A stretch of DNA of 64,000 nt from Nitrospirota bacterium (GTDB lineage Bacteria > Nitrospirota > Thermodesulfovibrionia > Thermodesulfovibrionales > Dissulfurispiraceae). Positions 10,035 through 20,127 of this stretch are shown here, piece by piece. The stretch's first letter is position 1; every line of letters starts with the position of its first letter. The stretch is taken from positions 160,001 through 224,000 of the forward strand of contig JBFMCP010000001.1 in assembly GCA_040754455.1 (NCBI GenBank), read 5' to 3'. The notes under the pieces were generated by a model. The model saw nothing but the letters and a program-made list of their open reading frames with translations. It searched no databases and had not been told where the DNA came from. The position numbers and the translations under genes are program-made.

Positions 10035-12089
10035 TCAATGTGTATGCCTCAGCGTCATGGGCTGACCGAGGATAAATGCGTTTACCATCATGAAAAATAC
10101 GGCGAGCACAGCCATAGGGATAAATGCTCGTAAAGCCTTATCCCCGTAGTGTCTGACCGCTATCCGGTATCCCGCGTAGAGGGAGAATATATTCAGTATC
10201 ATGAGTATCGCCATCTGGAGCCAGAATATGGATTCATTTCCCATTAACGGAACCACATTCCAATCAGGTTCGGCCATCTCCAGGCCGGTATAAGTGATAA
10301 GAACCCGCTGGATAGCAGGGATAATGCCGGGCCCCTCCTTAAACAGGTGTGAAATGTTGTGGGCAAGATGCATCGCAAGCCCTACGGGAATGAACATATA
10401 GGCGAACTGGATAAATGTAGCCTTCAGTCCGAGAGGTGATGCAGAACCGGTCGACTTTCTTACAATACCACTTGCTGCAAGGAGCAGGAGAGCTGGAACA
10501 ACAAGCGAGCCGATCGTCATTACAATCGGGACTATCGCTTTCTCGGCTCCCGCGTGGTCGGTTATGCCCAGAAGGCTCAAGGGGAGTGCTTTTCCTATCG
10601 CATCCATCCAGCGGTGCGAAGGCTCCACCATTTCACCAGTGACGACGATCGATACCCCCAGAATCACCAGTGCCAGATACGCCTCATCCATATACCCCCT
10701 TGCCGAGCCCCAGAGGTCCTTTGCGAAGCTCCTGAACCTGATGACGATATTATCCTGAGAGCAGGATTTGACGCACTCGCTGCAGAAGTTGCAGTAATTA
10801 TTCCGGTCGAGGGTCATCGGTGTCTCAAACATGGGACAGGGGCGGCCGGGGGCATTCCCCTTCATGCATTCTTTCACCCGATGACCCCTGCAGGTCTCGA
10901 TGCAGCGGTTCCTGAGTTCCACCGGACTGAACATGGAGTAGATACCGATAAGTCCCCCGATCGGGCACACGTATCGACAAAATGATCTTCCTTTGAAAAC
11001 AAACGCCATACCAACAGCTGCAGCGAAGAAGCCGAGAAGGAGGAAGGCAGTGAGCGCGGGCTTGTTCACGATGCCGCTGTAACTGTCCCACAAGGTAAGG
11101 CCGAAAAAGAGGAAGCTCGAGAGCCAGATGTTCCTGAGCGGTTTCGGGAAGCTGCGGTTGAGACGTGCGAACCTCCCGATCCAGTCCTGCACCGCACCAA
11201 AGGGACACATCATGCACCATACTCTTCCCACAAAAACAAAGGTGAAGATGATGGCTGCCCACCAGATCGTCCACATGAGCAGTGTGGCAATGTTACGGTC
11301 GCCCTGCTGTACATCAAAAAGTCCGGCGAAGATGATTATGGTAAAGAAGATAAACGCCGGTATCTGAAAGACGGGCTGGAACCATGCCGACTTCATGAAC
11401 CGTTTTATCCAGGGGATATCGAGTATGTTCAGCTTTTGTCCACGGGCAATGCTTGCTGATTTTCGCTGCGAGAGTATCCAGACGCCAAAGATGCCGCTAA
11501 GAAAAATAATCCCGATGACAAAGAGCATCCGGTAAAAGGGGATCTGAGAAGCTCTGACGTAAGTTATCTTGCCGCCGACGAGGAGCGGCTTTTCGAACTG
11601 CCCCTCTCCAAACGAGCGAATGGCAAGAGTATAGATATACTCTCCCTCTTCGTGGAGGTGATAGAGAGCAGAATAATTTCCCGCTTTTTGCTGTGGGACA
11701 AGTCGCTTATACGCAGAGAGATCAACAGATGAAGGCATCTCCATAGGCACAACATCGCCGAAATCAAGGCCCTCACCCTGCGCCGATGTGCTGTTGGATA
11801 TAGAAGAAGGCGTGTGCCCTTCATGCGCGCTGTTCTGTCCCGCCTTTTCGATGAGAATGTAGACTTCTGCATCCAGAATAGGGTTCTTTGTAGCAAGATC
11901 GGTTAAAGAAATCACTACTTCCGGCGCTTTCCCTTCCGTGTAGGATTCTGGATGAAGCGTTAGCTGTACATGCGCTTTATCAACATGAAACTCGCCAAAG
12001 AAAGCTTTTTCATGGCCCTCGCTTCCGAGGACGCTGTTGGCAAGGCCGAACGATACTAGCGCTGTGAGTAAAAGCAAAATCTTTTTCAT
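10035..12089 (-). CDS. Membrane polyferredoxin (NapH/FtrD-like 4Fe-4S protein) with periplasmic N-terminal domain
   Basis: GRVWCMMCPFGA, RSFCRYVCPIGG, CNFCSECVKSC; many TM helices. Confidence 0.85.
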   Translation of the reverse strand: MKKILLLLTALVSFGLANSVLGSEGHEKAFFGEFHVDKAHVQLTLHPESYTEGKAPEVVISLTDLATKNPILDAEVYILIEKAGQNSAHEGHTPSSISNSTSAQGEGLDFGDVVPMEMPSSVDLSAYKRLVPQQKAGNYSALYHLHEEGEYIYTLAIRSFGEGQFEKPLLVGGKITYVRASQIPFYRMLFVIGIIFLSGIFGVWILSQRKSASIARGQKLNILDIPWIKRFMKSAWFQPVFQIPAFIFFTIIIFAGLFDVQQGDRNIATLLMWTIWWAAIIFTFVFVGRVWCMMCPFGAVQDWIGRFARLNRSFPKPLRNIWLSSFLFFGLTLWDSYSGIVNKPALTAFLLLGFFAAAVGMAFVFKGRSFCRYVCPIGGLIGIYSMFSPVELRNRCIETCRGHRVKECMKGNAPGRPCPMFETPMTLDRNNYCNFCSECVKSCSQDNIVIRFRSFAKDLWGSARGYMDEAYLALVILGVSIVVTGEMVEPSHRWMDAIGKALPLSLLGITDHAGAEKAIVPIVMTIGSLVVPALLLLAASGIVRKSTGSASPLGLKATFIQFAYMFIPVGLAMHLAHNISHLFKEGPGIIPAIQRVLITYTGLEMAEPDWNVVPLMGNESIFWLQMAILMILNIFSLYAGYRIAVRHYGDKALRAFIPMAVLAVFFMMVNAFILGQPMTLRHTH

Positions 12090-12685
12090 TTTCTCTTAAA
12101 AAGCTCGTTAATAATGAGCACTCCTCTCCGTGCTCCCGAAGCAATAGCCTGGGCAGGCTTTTCCTTGCCGGACGGAGCGGTAATATCAGCACCGACCTTG
12201 AAGGGATCGGAGGCCTTTTTGCCTTCGAACTGTTTGAGAAATGCCTGATTCGTGACCTTTTCCGATTCCTTGTTCTCAAAAATATATACTTTTTGAATAG
12301 CACCTTTGCCGCCTACAACAACGCCGATCTCTATTTTTCCTTCCTCGCCATAGGCATCGATAAACATTATTGCCGATGCTTTGCGGGGCGGCGCCCCCGG
12401 ATTGCCCCTTATCACGGCAAGGTAGATCGAAGGTTTCACATCCTCCTCAGGCAGCGTGCTGCCGAGCGCCTTCTCGATATGCAGTCGCTGCTCATCAGAG
12501 ATATACAAGTTCTTTTGCTCAAATGATTCAGCCTGCGGGACCATCGTCTTGAGTTTTTCTCCCGGCCAGACAAGGTCATGGGCAAGAATAGTTGTTGCAG
12601 AAACGAGTAGGAGCATAAGAGAAGAGAGAAATAAAAGGCTTTCTCTCCGATATCCTTTTGTATAGCACAGGTATTGCTCGATCAT
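12086..12685 (-). CDS. Exported FMN-binding-domain-like protein
   Basis: GEEGKIEIGVVV..G.I..V...ENKE...FLKQFEGK pattern; 4-nt overlap with the polyferredoxin gene. Confidence 0.7.
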   Translation of the reverse strand: MIEQYLCYTKGYRRESLLFLSSLMLLLVSATTILAHDLVWPGEKLKTMVPQAESFEQKNLYISDEQRLHIEKALGSTLPEEDVKPSIYLAVIRGNPGAPPRKASAIMFIDAYGEEGKIEIGVVVGGKGAIQKVYIFENKESEKVTNQAFLKQFEGKKASDPFKVGADITAPSGKEKPAQAIASGARRGVLIINELFKRK

Positions 12686-12934
12686 ATCCCCTCCATAAGT
12701 AATCTTGTTTATAGCAAAACCGAAAAAGATAAAAAAGTGCGAGAAATGTTTTCTCTACGAGACGCAGGAGGTGCTTTCGGCTTGTTTTGCATGGACCTAC
12801 GTTACCAAACAATTTTGAAGGAAATATGAATGAAAGCTATTGACGGCTGTTTCGGCCGATTACCGGTGGGTGGGATTAGTTTTCTATAACGGTTTGATTA
12901 AGGTTATAGCAGAGGACATCATTGCCCAAAGCAA

Positions 12935-13049
12935 GAGATCGCTTCGGCGCCTCCGACAGATCGCAATGCCGGTATCTGCAACCGAAGACAAATCAAATGC
13001 TGGCATCGACTCGTCATCATTGCGAAGAGAGAGGTTTCGAAGCAATTTC
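12935..13049. repeat. Degenerate palindromic element of the same family as 49912-50015
   Basis: Inverted arms GAGATCGCTTCG...TCGCAATG and TCATTGCGA...CGAAGCAATTTC. Confidence 0.55.
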
Positions 13050-13148
13050 ATCTCTGAGAAGCTATGAGCTATGCGCTGTTTTGAAAAAAAAGCAGGCAAT
13101 ACACATACGCGACTCTACCGTGTTGCCGCACAAAAAAATCGCTCCTGC

Positions 13149-13250
13149 TCACATCAAACTGGCTATCGCTGTAACGGCGAATCCGATACCCATCAGCAGA
13201 AGCGCCCGCAGTACCAGGGCTTTGGTCAGAGTCGTCTGTTTATCGGGCAT
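13149..13250 (-). CDS. 33-aa small membrane protein
   Basis: MPDKQTTLTKALVLRALLLMGIGFAVTAIASLM*; AAGAGG RBS; 38 nt after the methyltransferase stop. Confidence 0.5.
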   Translation of the reverse strand: MPDKQTTLTKALVLRALLLMGIGFAVTAIASLM

Positions 13251-13288
13251 CGCACGGCTTCCTCTTCTGTTGCTTGTAGGTACGGTGT

Positions 13289-14284
13289 TTACCCTGCAGT
13301 GCCTGCAAAGGTATCCTTCAGCAGTGAGGCCTCTCCTGATGCAGCGGCCGGACTATCCAGCGGTACCTTTGTCGACGGATCCCTCTGCGCGCTCCACTTG
13401 AGCTTTGCGGAACCTCCGCTGTTCTGTTTCATACTGCCTTCGATGCGATTGCCTTTTACCTTTCCGACAAACTCCAACGGATCAGTGCTCCCTGCTCTTA
13501 TATGCGCAGCAGTAAACCGGATATGGTCTCCTGTCAGCCGCACGTTGCTGAGCACAGCTTCTGAATTACCGGAGCGGAGTGTACCCGAGACCTTCTGGAA
13601 CTTCTGTCTGAGCCGGAGGGTATACTGCTTTTCACCCTTGCCGTCGGACATGCTCCATTTCCAGGTGCCCGATACGTTCGCAGGAATGACCCAGTAGTAT
13701 ACGGTATGCCCGTTCACCTCCTTTTGCCGGTCAGGTGTCCAGTCGTCCATATCAAAATCATGCGATACGATCCGCGTCCCGGGTTTTAATTCCCTGAAAA
13801 GCTTGGTCCGCAGCTTCATGTTAATGGATGAAAGCAGATACATTGTCACAACACTGGCCTTGCTGATATCCATGCTGAAGAGGTCTTTCTTAAGGAATTG
13901 GACCTTGTCGGTCACCCCGGCTTTGCGGGCGTTTTCGTTGCTCTCCCTTATTCTTTGCGGATCGATATCCACTCCAACGCCCCTGACGCCCAGCATTTTC
14001 GCTGCAGTGATGACAATACGACCGTCCCCGCAGCCGAGGTCATAGAGCATATCGCTGCTCTTCACTCCGGCGATGTGAAGCATTTCCCGTACCACCTCAT
14101 GCGGTGTCGGCACATATGGCACATCGAGCTTCGGAGCTGAGGGGTCCTCATTCCAGGAGAGCCCCGGAAGCGCTACAGAAGGAAGCCGGCTGCTCCCGGG
14201 CAATTCTCCTCTTCCTACAGATATTCCCCAAAAAGTGAGTACTACAACGACCGCCACACCGTACATCAATCGCTTTTTCATCAC
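13289..14284 (-). CDS. Class I SAM-dependent methyltransferase with N-terminal signal/anchor
   Basis: DVPYVPTP, LYDLGCGDGRIV, GVDID, RIVSHDF. Confidence 0.88.
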   Translation of the reverse strand: MMKKRLMYGVAVVVVLTFWGISVGRGELPGSSRLPSVALPGLSWNEDPSAPKLDVPYVPTPHEVVREMLHIAGVKSSDMLYDLGCGDGRIVITAAKMLGVRGVGVDIDPQRIRESNENARKAGVTDKVQFLKKDLFSMDISKASVVTMYLLSSINMKLRTKLFRELKPGTRIVSHDFDMDDWTPDRQKEVNGHTVYYWVIPANVSGTWKWSMSDGKGEKQYTLRLRQKFQKVSGTLRSGNSEAVLSNVRLTGDHIRFTAAHIRAGSTDPLEFVGKVKGNRIEGSMKQNSGGSAKLKWSAQRDPSTKVPLDSPAAASGEASLLKDTFAGTAG

Positions 14285-15663
14285 TACCCTCCTTTTTGTG
14301 CCTGTTGTCGCTCATGCAAGCGCACTGCAAAGAGCAGGGGGATGCCGGCAAGCAGTACGCCGACTCCTCCCAGAGCACCGATACCGGTATACGAAAGGCT
14401 CGACTGCAACATATAACTGCAGAGTCCGCAGAACACCAGCGGCGTCGCAGGATAGAGGGGCACACGAAACGGCCTGAACATATCGGGCTCCTTTCTTCGC
14501 AGAATGAACAGAGAAACTCCCACCAGAAGAAAGAAGAACCAGAACACAGGGGCGGTATACTCGACCATCGTCGCAAAACCATTGCGCGTCACCGTACCGA
14601 GAATGATCAGCCCCAATGCAATGCCGGCCTGTACCGTCAGGGCATTCACCGGCGTGCTCGCCCGCTCGTTCCATTTTCCGAGAAAGCTGAAAAGGGCAAC
14701 ATCCCTTCCCAGGGCATAGCCTGTACGCGCTCCGGTGATGATCGCGGCATTCCCTGTGCTCAATGCCGCAAGAATAATGAGTATACTGATGAACTGAGCC
14801 CCCTGCTCTCCCGATACACGGCGCATGAAATCGGCAGCGACTGCCGGTGATGCGGCAGTCGCTGCCAGCCCGAGCACTTTTAAAAAGACATAGTTGGCAG
14901 CAAGATAAAGGACAGTAATAATGCTTATCCCAGAGAGGAGCACCCGCGCCATGTTCCGCTGCGTATCGCGTACCTCGGACGAGAGGTATGCAGCCTCATT
15001 CCAGCCGCCGTAGGTCAGCAGCACAAAGATCATCGCCTTGCCAAAGGCGGAATCTTGTAGAGGAAGTGCAATTGCGGAAGAGGCCGGCGGTGCAATCATC
15101 GAGAACCCGAGTCCCACCACCGCCAGCAGCCCTATAATCATAATGATGGTGAGCATGTTCTGCACCCATTTACCCTGACGTATGCCGGCGATATTAAGAG
15201 CGGTAAGAAAGATAATAATGAGCGCAGCGTAGAGTGATGCAGAGTAACGGCCGAGGCTGAAGACCTCTGAAGCGTAATCGCCGACCAGAAACGCCCCCAT
15301 AGCGATCGACCCTGTCTGGATAACGGTAATACGGGCCCAGGCAAAGAGAAAGGCGAGCTCGCTGCCGAAAGCCCGGCTGATATAGTGGTAGTCGCCGCCG
15401 GCGTGCGGGTAAGTCGACGTGAGCTCTGCATAGCAGAGGGCGCCGATGAGCGACAGCACCCCTCCCAACAGCCAGAAGAGCAATGCAGATTCCTCATTGA
15501 TAGAGCTGGCAGCGACGAGAGAGGGCGTCTTGAAGATTCCAGCCCCAATGACCGTGCCGACCACAAGGGCGACGGCATCGAACATTGAAAGGGTCTGCTT
15601 CGGCGCTGTTCCGGGAAAAGAACGACTATTGCGGGAGAACGACTTAACGCCCATATGTTGCAT
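14284..15663 (-). CDS. APC-family amino acid permease
   Basis: GTVIGAGIF, YAEL, AGGDY, YGGW, RPFRVPLYP; about 12 TM helices. Confidence 0.92.
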   Translation of the reverse strand: MQHMGVKSFSRNSRSFPGTAPKQTLSMFDAVALVVGTVIGAGIFKTPSLVAASSINEESALLFWLLGGVLSLIGALCYAELTSTYPHAGGDYHYISRAFGSELAFLFAWARITVIQTGSIAMGAFLVGDYASEVFSLGRYSASLYAALIIIFLTALNIAGIRQGKWVQNMLTIIMIIGLLAVVGLGFSMIAPPASSAIALPLQDSAFGKAMIFVLLTYGGWNEAAYLSSEVRDTQRNMARVLLSGISIITVLYLAANYVFLKVLGLAATAASPAVAADFMRRVSGEQGAQFISILIILAALSTGNAAIITGARTGYALGRDVALFSFLGKWNERASTPVNALTVQAGIALGLIILGTVTRNGFATMVEYTAPVFWFFFLLVGVSLFILRRKEPDMFRPFRVPLYPATPLVFCGLCSYMLQSSLSYTGIGALGGVGVLLAGIPLLFAVRLHERQQAQKGG

Positions 15664-15847
15664 CCCTGATAACGGAACGAAAATGTTTGGAAGGTGGTTA
15701 AAGGAACAACGTGGTCCGCAGCGTACATCCTGTACTTAAACCATAGCACACAACCTGAGATGTGTGAAGTCAGTGCCGGAATATGCTAATGAGAGCGGCC
15801 GCTCGGGATGATGGAAATACCCGGAACTGCTTGGATTACCTGCCCTG

Positions 15848-16285
15848 CTATTTCTTCTCGGTTACCTCGACAAGCTCCAGGTCAAAGGTGAGGTCCTGCC
15901 CGGCGAGGGGATGGTTGGCATCGAGGGTAACGCTCTTTTCATCAAGGTCGGTGACGACGACGGTGATATCCCTTCCGTCGGGCTGTTTGACCCGAAGGCT
16001 CATACCTGTTTCAAGGTTGATCTCCGGAGGGATCTGATCCCTGCTGATACAGACCACCAGATCGTCACGGTGGGGGCCGTACGCATCATCCGCAGGAATA
16101 GTGACCGTCTTGTGCTCTCCCACCGACATCTCCGATACCGCCTTCTCAAATCCGGGAATAAGGTCTTTTTCACCGTAAACGAATTCAATCGGATCACTGC
16201 CTCTTGATGAGTCAAAGACGGTGCCATCGCTCAATTTCCCGGTATAATGCACCTTTACTTTACTTCCTTCAGCGATCTGTCCCAT
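15848..16285 (-). CDS. slyD: FKBP-type peptidyl-prolyl isomerase (SlyD-like, no His-rich tail)
   Basis: VHYTGKLSDGTVFDSS, LIPGFE, LDANHPLAGQDLTF. Confidence 0.88.
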   Translation of the reverse strand: MGQIAEGSKVKVHYTGKLSDGTVFDSSRGSDPIEFVYGEKDLIPGFEKAVSEMSVGEHKTVTIPADDAYGPHRDDLVVCISRDQIPPEINLETGMSLRVKQPDGRDITVVVTDLDEKSVTLDANHPLAGQDLTFDLELVEVTEKK

Positions 16286-16539
16286 AGTGTCCTCCTTTTG
16301 AGCTGACCGACGACATCAGCTGGTATGTTTTTAGAATACCCGATCGTGTGGGAAAATACACTCCCCTGCCCATGCCCGGCCCTTCGTGAATTGCACAACA
16401 GTACCCGGACACCCACGTCCTGTATAATACATAATAACAGTATTCGTATATTCGCTACACCCGTGGCCTCTTTCATCTTGAATCGGCCCTTGGGCATGGG
16501 GTATTATGAACATTTGAGAGATTGCAAGCGGAGGTTCTT

Positions 16540-17949
16540 TTGAGTACTACCGTAAGGGTTAGATTCGCACCGAGTCCGACAGGGCACCTGCATATCGGCG
16601 GTGCGCGCACCGCATTGTTCAACTGGCTGTTTGCGCGGCACCACAAGGGAACGTTCATCCTCAGGATCGAGGATACCGATACCACCCGTTCGACAGAGGA
16701 GTATATCGAAGCCATCATCGAAGGGATGCGCTGGCTGAAGCTCGATTGGGACGAAGGGCCCTTCCGACAGACCTCCCGTTTTGACATCTACCGGAGTTAT
16801 GTCGATCGCCTGATCAAAGAGGACAAGGCCTACTATTGCTATTGTACGCCCGAGGAACTGGAGCAGCGGCGGCAGGAGGCCCTTGCACAAGGCAGGCAGC
16901 CGAGATACGACGGCAGGTGCAGGCTCCGCACAGAACCGATTCCCGGCAGGCCGGCAGCAGTGCGGTTCAAGATGCCCCAGGAGGGCACGACGGTGGTCAA
17001 TGATCTGATCAAGGGCGTTATTGAATTCGACAACAGCGTCCTGGAAGATATGGTGATCCTCAGGTCCGACGGTACGCCGACCTATAACTTCGTCGTCGTT
17101 GTCGACGATATCGATATGAAGATAACCCACGTAATACGTGGTGATGATCATGTCAACAATACGCCGAAACAGATACATATCTATAAGGCGTTCGGCTGGG
17201 AGGTGCCCCAGTTCGCCCATCTGCCCATGATACTCGGCGCTGATAAGACAAGACTCAGCAAGCGGCACGGCGCCACATCGGTCATGGCATATAAGGAAAT
17301 GGGCTACCTCCCCGATGCCCTCGTCAACTATCTCGTGCGCCTCGGATGGTCTTACGGCGACCAGGAAGTGTTCACGAGGGAAGAGCTGATCAAGTACTTT
17401 TCCCTCGAAAATGTGGGGTCATCGGCAGCGGTCTTCAACCCCGAGAAACTTCTCTGGCTCAACAGCCAGTATATCAACCGGTCCTCTGCCGAAGAGCTCG
17501 CTGCACTGGTGCCGCCGTTCCTCGTAAAGGAAGGAATCATCGCCGAAGGACAAAAGCTCGATATGCAGTGGCTTGCAAAAGCAGTCCAGTCGCTCAAGGA
17601 GAGGAGCAAAACGCTCGTTGAGCTTGCGCAGTCCCTGAGATACTATATTCTCGACTACGTTGACATCGACCCGAAGGCCCGGGAGAAATTCCTGAAACCT
17701 GAAAATATAGCTCTCCTGTCAGAGCTGCACGCAACGCTTTCCGGTGTTACCGATTTTACCGCAACGGAGATCGAGAAGGCGGTTCACACACTCGCAGAAC
17801 GACTCGGGGTGAAGCTCGGCGCCATTGCCCAGCCCGCACGGGTCGCAATCACCGGCGGCACGGCGAGCCCCGGGATATTCGAGGTGATCGAGATCGTGGG
17901 GAAAGAGAAAGTACTGAAGCGGTTGGAAAAGGTCATCTCAGGAGGATAA
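16540..17949 (+). CDS. gltX: Glutamate--tRNA ligase
   Basis: [27 protein letters not shown] start after GGAGG. Confidence 0.96.
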   Translation: MSTTVRVRFAPSPTGHLHIGGARTALFNWLFARHHKGTFILRIEDTDTTRSTEEYIEAIIEGMRWLKLDWDEGPFRQTSRFDIYRSYVDRLIKEDKAYYCYCTPEELEQRRQEALAQGRQPRYDGRCRLRTEPIPGRPAAVRFKMPQEGTTVVNDLIKGVIEFDNSVLEDMVILRSDGTPTYNFVVVVDDIDMKITHVIRGDDHVNNTPKQIHIYKAFGWEVPQFAHLPMILGADKTRLSKRHGATSVMAYKEMGYLPDALVNYLVRLGWSYGDQEVFTREELIKYFSLENVGSSAAVFNPEKLLWLNSQYINRSSAEELAALVPPFLVKEGIIAEGQKLDMQWLAKAVQSLKERSKTLVELAQSLRYYILDYVDIDPKAREKFLKPENIALLSELHATLSGVTDFTATEIEKAVHTLAERLGVKLGAIAQPARVAITGGTASPGIFEVIEIVGKEKVLKRLEKVISGG

Positions 17950-18120
17950 ATGGCACTCAGCAAGGAACTGCTCGATGTACTGGCCTGTCCGAAATGCAAG
18001 GGCGACCTGATCTACAAGGAAGCGGAGAACGGCTTGCTCTGCCCTACCTGCAGGCTCATGTACCCGGTCAAGGACGATATCCCCATCATGATCATCGAGG
18101 AAGCAACAAAACTACCGTGA
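17950..18120 (+). CDS. Trm112-family (YcaR-like) protein
   Basis: MALSKELLDVLACPKCKGDL...CPTCRLMYPVKDDIPIMIIEEA; abuts the gltX stop; below the ORF-track size cutoff. Confidence 0.9.
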   Translation: MALSKELLDVLACPKCKGDLIYKEAENGLLCPTCRLMYPVKDDIPIMIIEEATKLP

Positions 18121-18124
18121 CGCG

Positions 18125-19168
18125 TTACGGCTTTTCGATCTCTTTTACCCGCTTTTGGACATAATCAAGAGAGGGGTCGCTCAATGGCGCATACTTAAGC
18201 ACGTTCCTGTACGCCTCCGCAGCTTCTGCCAGGAGCCCTGCCTGCTCACAGGCAAGTCCTTTATTCAGAAAGGTCCGGTAGTTGAGCGGATCGATCTGCA
18301 GCGCCTTGTTGTAATCAGCAATCGCCTGATCATACTGCCCCCTTTTGTAATACACGAGCCCCCTGTTGTTGTACGGCTCTGCGCGGTTCGGATCGAGCTC
18401 TATGGTTTTGTTGTAGTCTGACAGCGCACGTTCATAAGAGCCTATCTGATTGTAGATGTCACCCCTGAGATAGTAGATTCCCGGCTGGTTCGGATCCAGT
18501 TCCAGCGCCCTACTGTAATCGGCAATCGCCTGCTCGTAGCGTCCCTTTTTGCTGCAGACGCTCCCTCTGCTGAAATAGGTGAGCGCATCCTTCGGGTTGA
18601 TCTCTATCGCCTTTGAGTAGTCCTGCAGGGCCTGGTCATACTGGCCAGTGCGAACATATGTGTTGCCCCGCAATACGTAGGCTCGGTCATTCTTGGGATT
18701 TATTTCTATCGCCTTGCTGTAATCCGCACGAGCACGCTCAAAATCCCCCTTCATAGAGAAGGCGAATCCCCTGTTCTCATAGGCGTTCGCGTAACGCGAG
18801 TCGACACTGATCGCTTTGGTATAGTCATCAACGGCCTGATCATACTGTCCTTTCAGGTAGTAAATCAGTCCACGGCTGTTATATGCCTTGGCAAAGGTGG
18901 GGTGGAGCTCAAGCACCCTGTTGAAGTCGAGGAGGGCACGGTCGTAAAGTTCCTTGTCAAAATAGGCACGTCCCCTGTTATAAAGGGCCGATACATACTG
19001 AGGATCGAGCTCGAGCGCCTTATCGTACTCCGCAATCGCCTCATCGAAGCGTCCGCCTTGCTGATAAGAGACTCCCCGGTCATTGAGATTCACAACGGAC
19101 TTGCCCACGGTTGTTGCGCATCCCGCCAAAAGGATCATAAGGCCTGCTGCTAAACTTCTCTTCATCAT
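18125..19168 (-). CDS. Tetratricopeptide-repeat lipoprotein
   Basis: LAGC lipobox; about nine TPR units of the type AYxNRG...A..DY.KAIE.DP. Confidence 0.9.
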   Translation of the reverse strand: MMKRSLAAGLMILLAGCATTVGKSVVNLNDRGVSYQQGGRFDEAIAEYDKALELDPQYVSALYNRGRAYFDKELYDRALLDFNRVLELHPTFAKAYNSRGLIYYLKGQYDQAVDDYTKAISVDSRYANAYENRGFAFSMKGDFERARADYSKAIEINPKNDRAYVLRGNTYVRTGQYDQALQDYSKAIEINPKDALTYFSRGSVCSKKGRYEQAIADYSRALELDPNQPGIYYLRGDIYNQIGSYERALSDYNKTIELDPNRAEPYNNRGLVYYKRGQYDQAIADYNKALQIDPLNYRTFLNKGLACEQAGLLAEAAEAYRNVLKYAPLSDPSLDYVQKRVKEIEKP

Positions 19169-19564
19169 TGCTCCTGCTCCTGCAAAATATTCTTATGCGC
19201 AGTACGTCCCAGAACCAGCGATACGCAGCTCTGTCCATCGTGAGAATGCCTTACAGCAGAAGCAGAAAGGGATACGAAGAGGAGCAGGAGAACGGCATCA
19301 AGAACAGCAGGGCGAAACAGCAATGGCAATTGTCTGAAAACGATCCTATACTTCACACTGCTTAACGGCACGTTACGTATCACTGCATTCAAAGCAACTA
19401 CTCCACACAAAGTGCATTATTATACCACAAGCTATTGAGAGGAATTGAGGAAGTCTTCGGGAACGCCGTCAGGCAGGGTCGCTATCTATCCAAATCAAAA
19501 GAGCACGCTTGACAATCGCATATTTATAATACATGCTAATGCATATCAATAGAAGGAGGCGCCG

Positions 19565-19763
19565 TTGAGAACGACATTAAATATAGAAGATGATCTGCTT
19601 GAGAAGGCGGCAAAGTTGACGGGGATTAAGGAAAAAAACTTCACTCGTGAGGCTCGGGCTCGAAGCGCTTATAGCACAAGAAAGCGGCAAAAGACTTGCA
19701 AAAATGGGGGGCACTGAAAGGAAACTGGAGGCAATACCCCGCAGGAGAGCTGCAGACAGGTAA
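19565..19763 (+). pseudogene. vapB: VapB-type antitoxin, frameshifted
   Basis: TTG after AAGGAGG; MRTTLNIEDDLLEKAAKLTGIKEK, then one extra A in the A7 run (19632-19638), then TSLVRLGLEALIAQESGKRLAKMGG in another frame. Confidence 0.8.
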
Positions 19764-19764
19764 A

Positions 19765-20119
19765 ATGGTCCTTGTCGATACTTCAGTTTGGGTTGCGCAC
19801 TGACGAGATGGAAACGTTGGCTTGAAACACTGTTGAATAATGGTCAAGTCGTCTGTCACCCCTTTATCGTCGGTGAGCTCGCTTGTGGCAATCTTAGAAA
19901 CAGGGCTGAGATACTCTCTCTCCTGCAGGCGCTCCCGATGGCAAGCTTTACCGAACATGAAGAAGTGATCCAGTTCATAGGGCATTATACGCTTATGGGA
20001 AAGGTCTAGGGCACATAGATATGCATTTGCTTGCTTCAGCCCTGTTGACTGGCATTCCACTATGGACACTCGACAGGAGACCCCATGAGACATCTTCAAA
20101 ACTGGGGATAGGGTATTGA
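19765..20119 (+). pseudogene. vapC: VapC PIN-domain toxin, multiply disrupted
   Basis: MVLVDTSVWVAH then TGA; HPFIVGELACG and GLGHIDMHLLASA...LWTLD lie in shifted frames. Confidence 0.82.
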
Positions 20120-20127
20120 TTCCCCTC

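Noticed and set aside
16369..16500. CCCATGCCC...GGGCATGGG inverted repeat upstream of gltX, considered as a leader RNA or T-box
   Set aside because: Only 9 bp, 114 nt apart, with no T-box motif and no continuous inner pairing
19165..19410. Small minus-strand ORF overlapping the TPR gene start
   Set aside because: It has a hydrophobic stretch and an ATGA overlap, but no clear RBS or recognisable family
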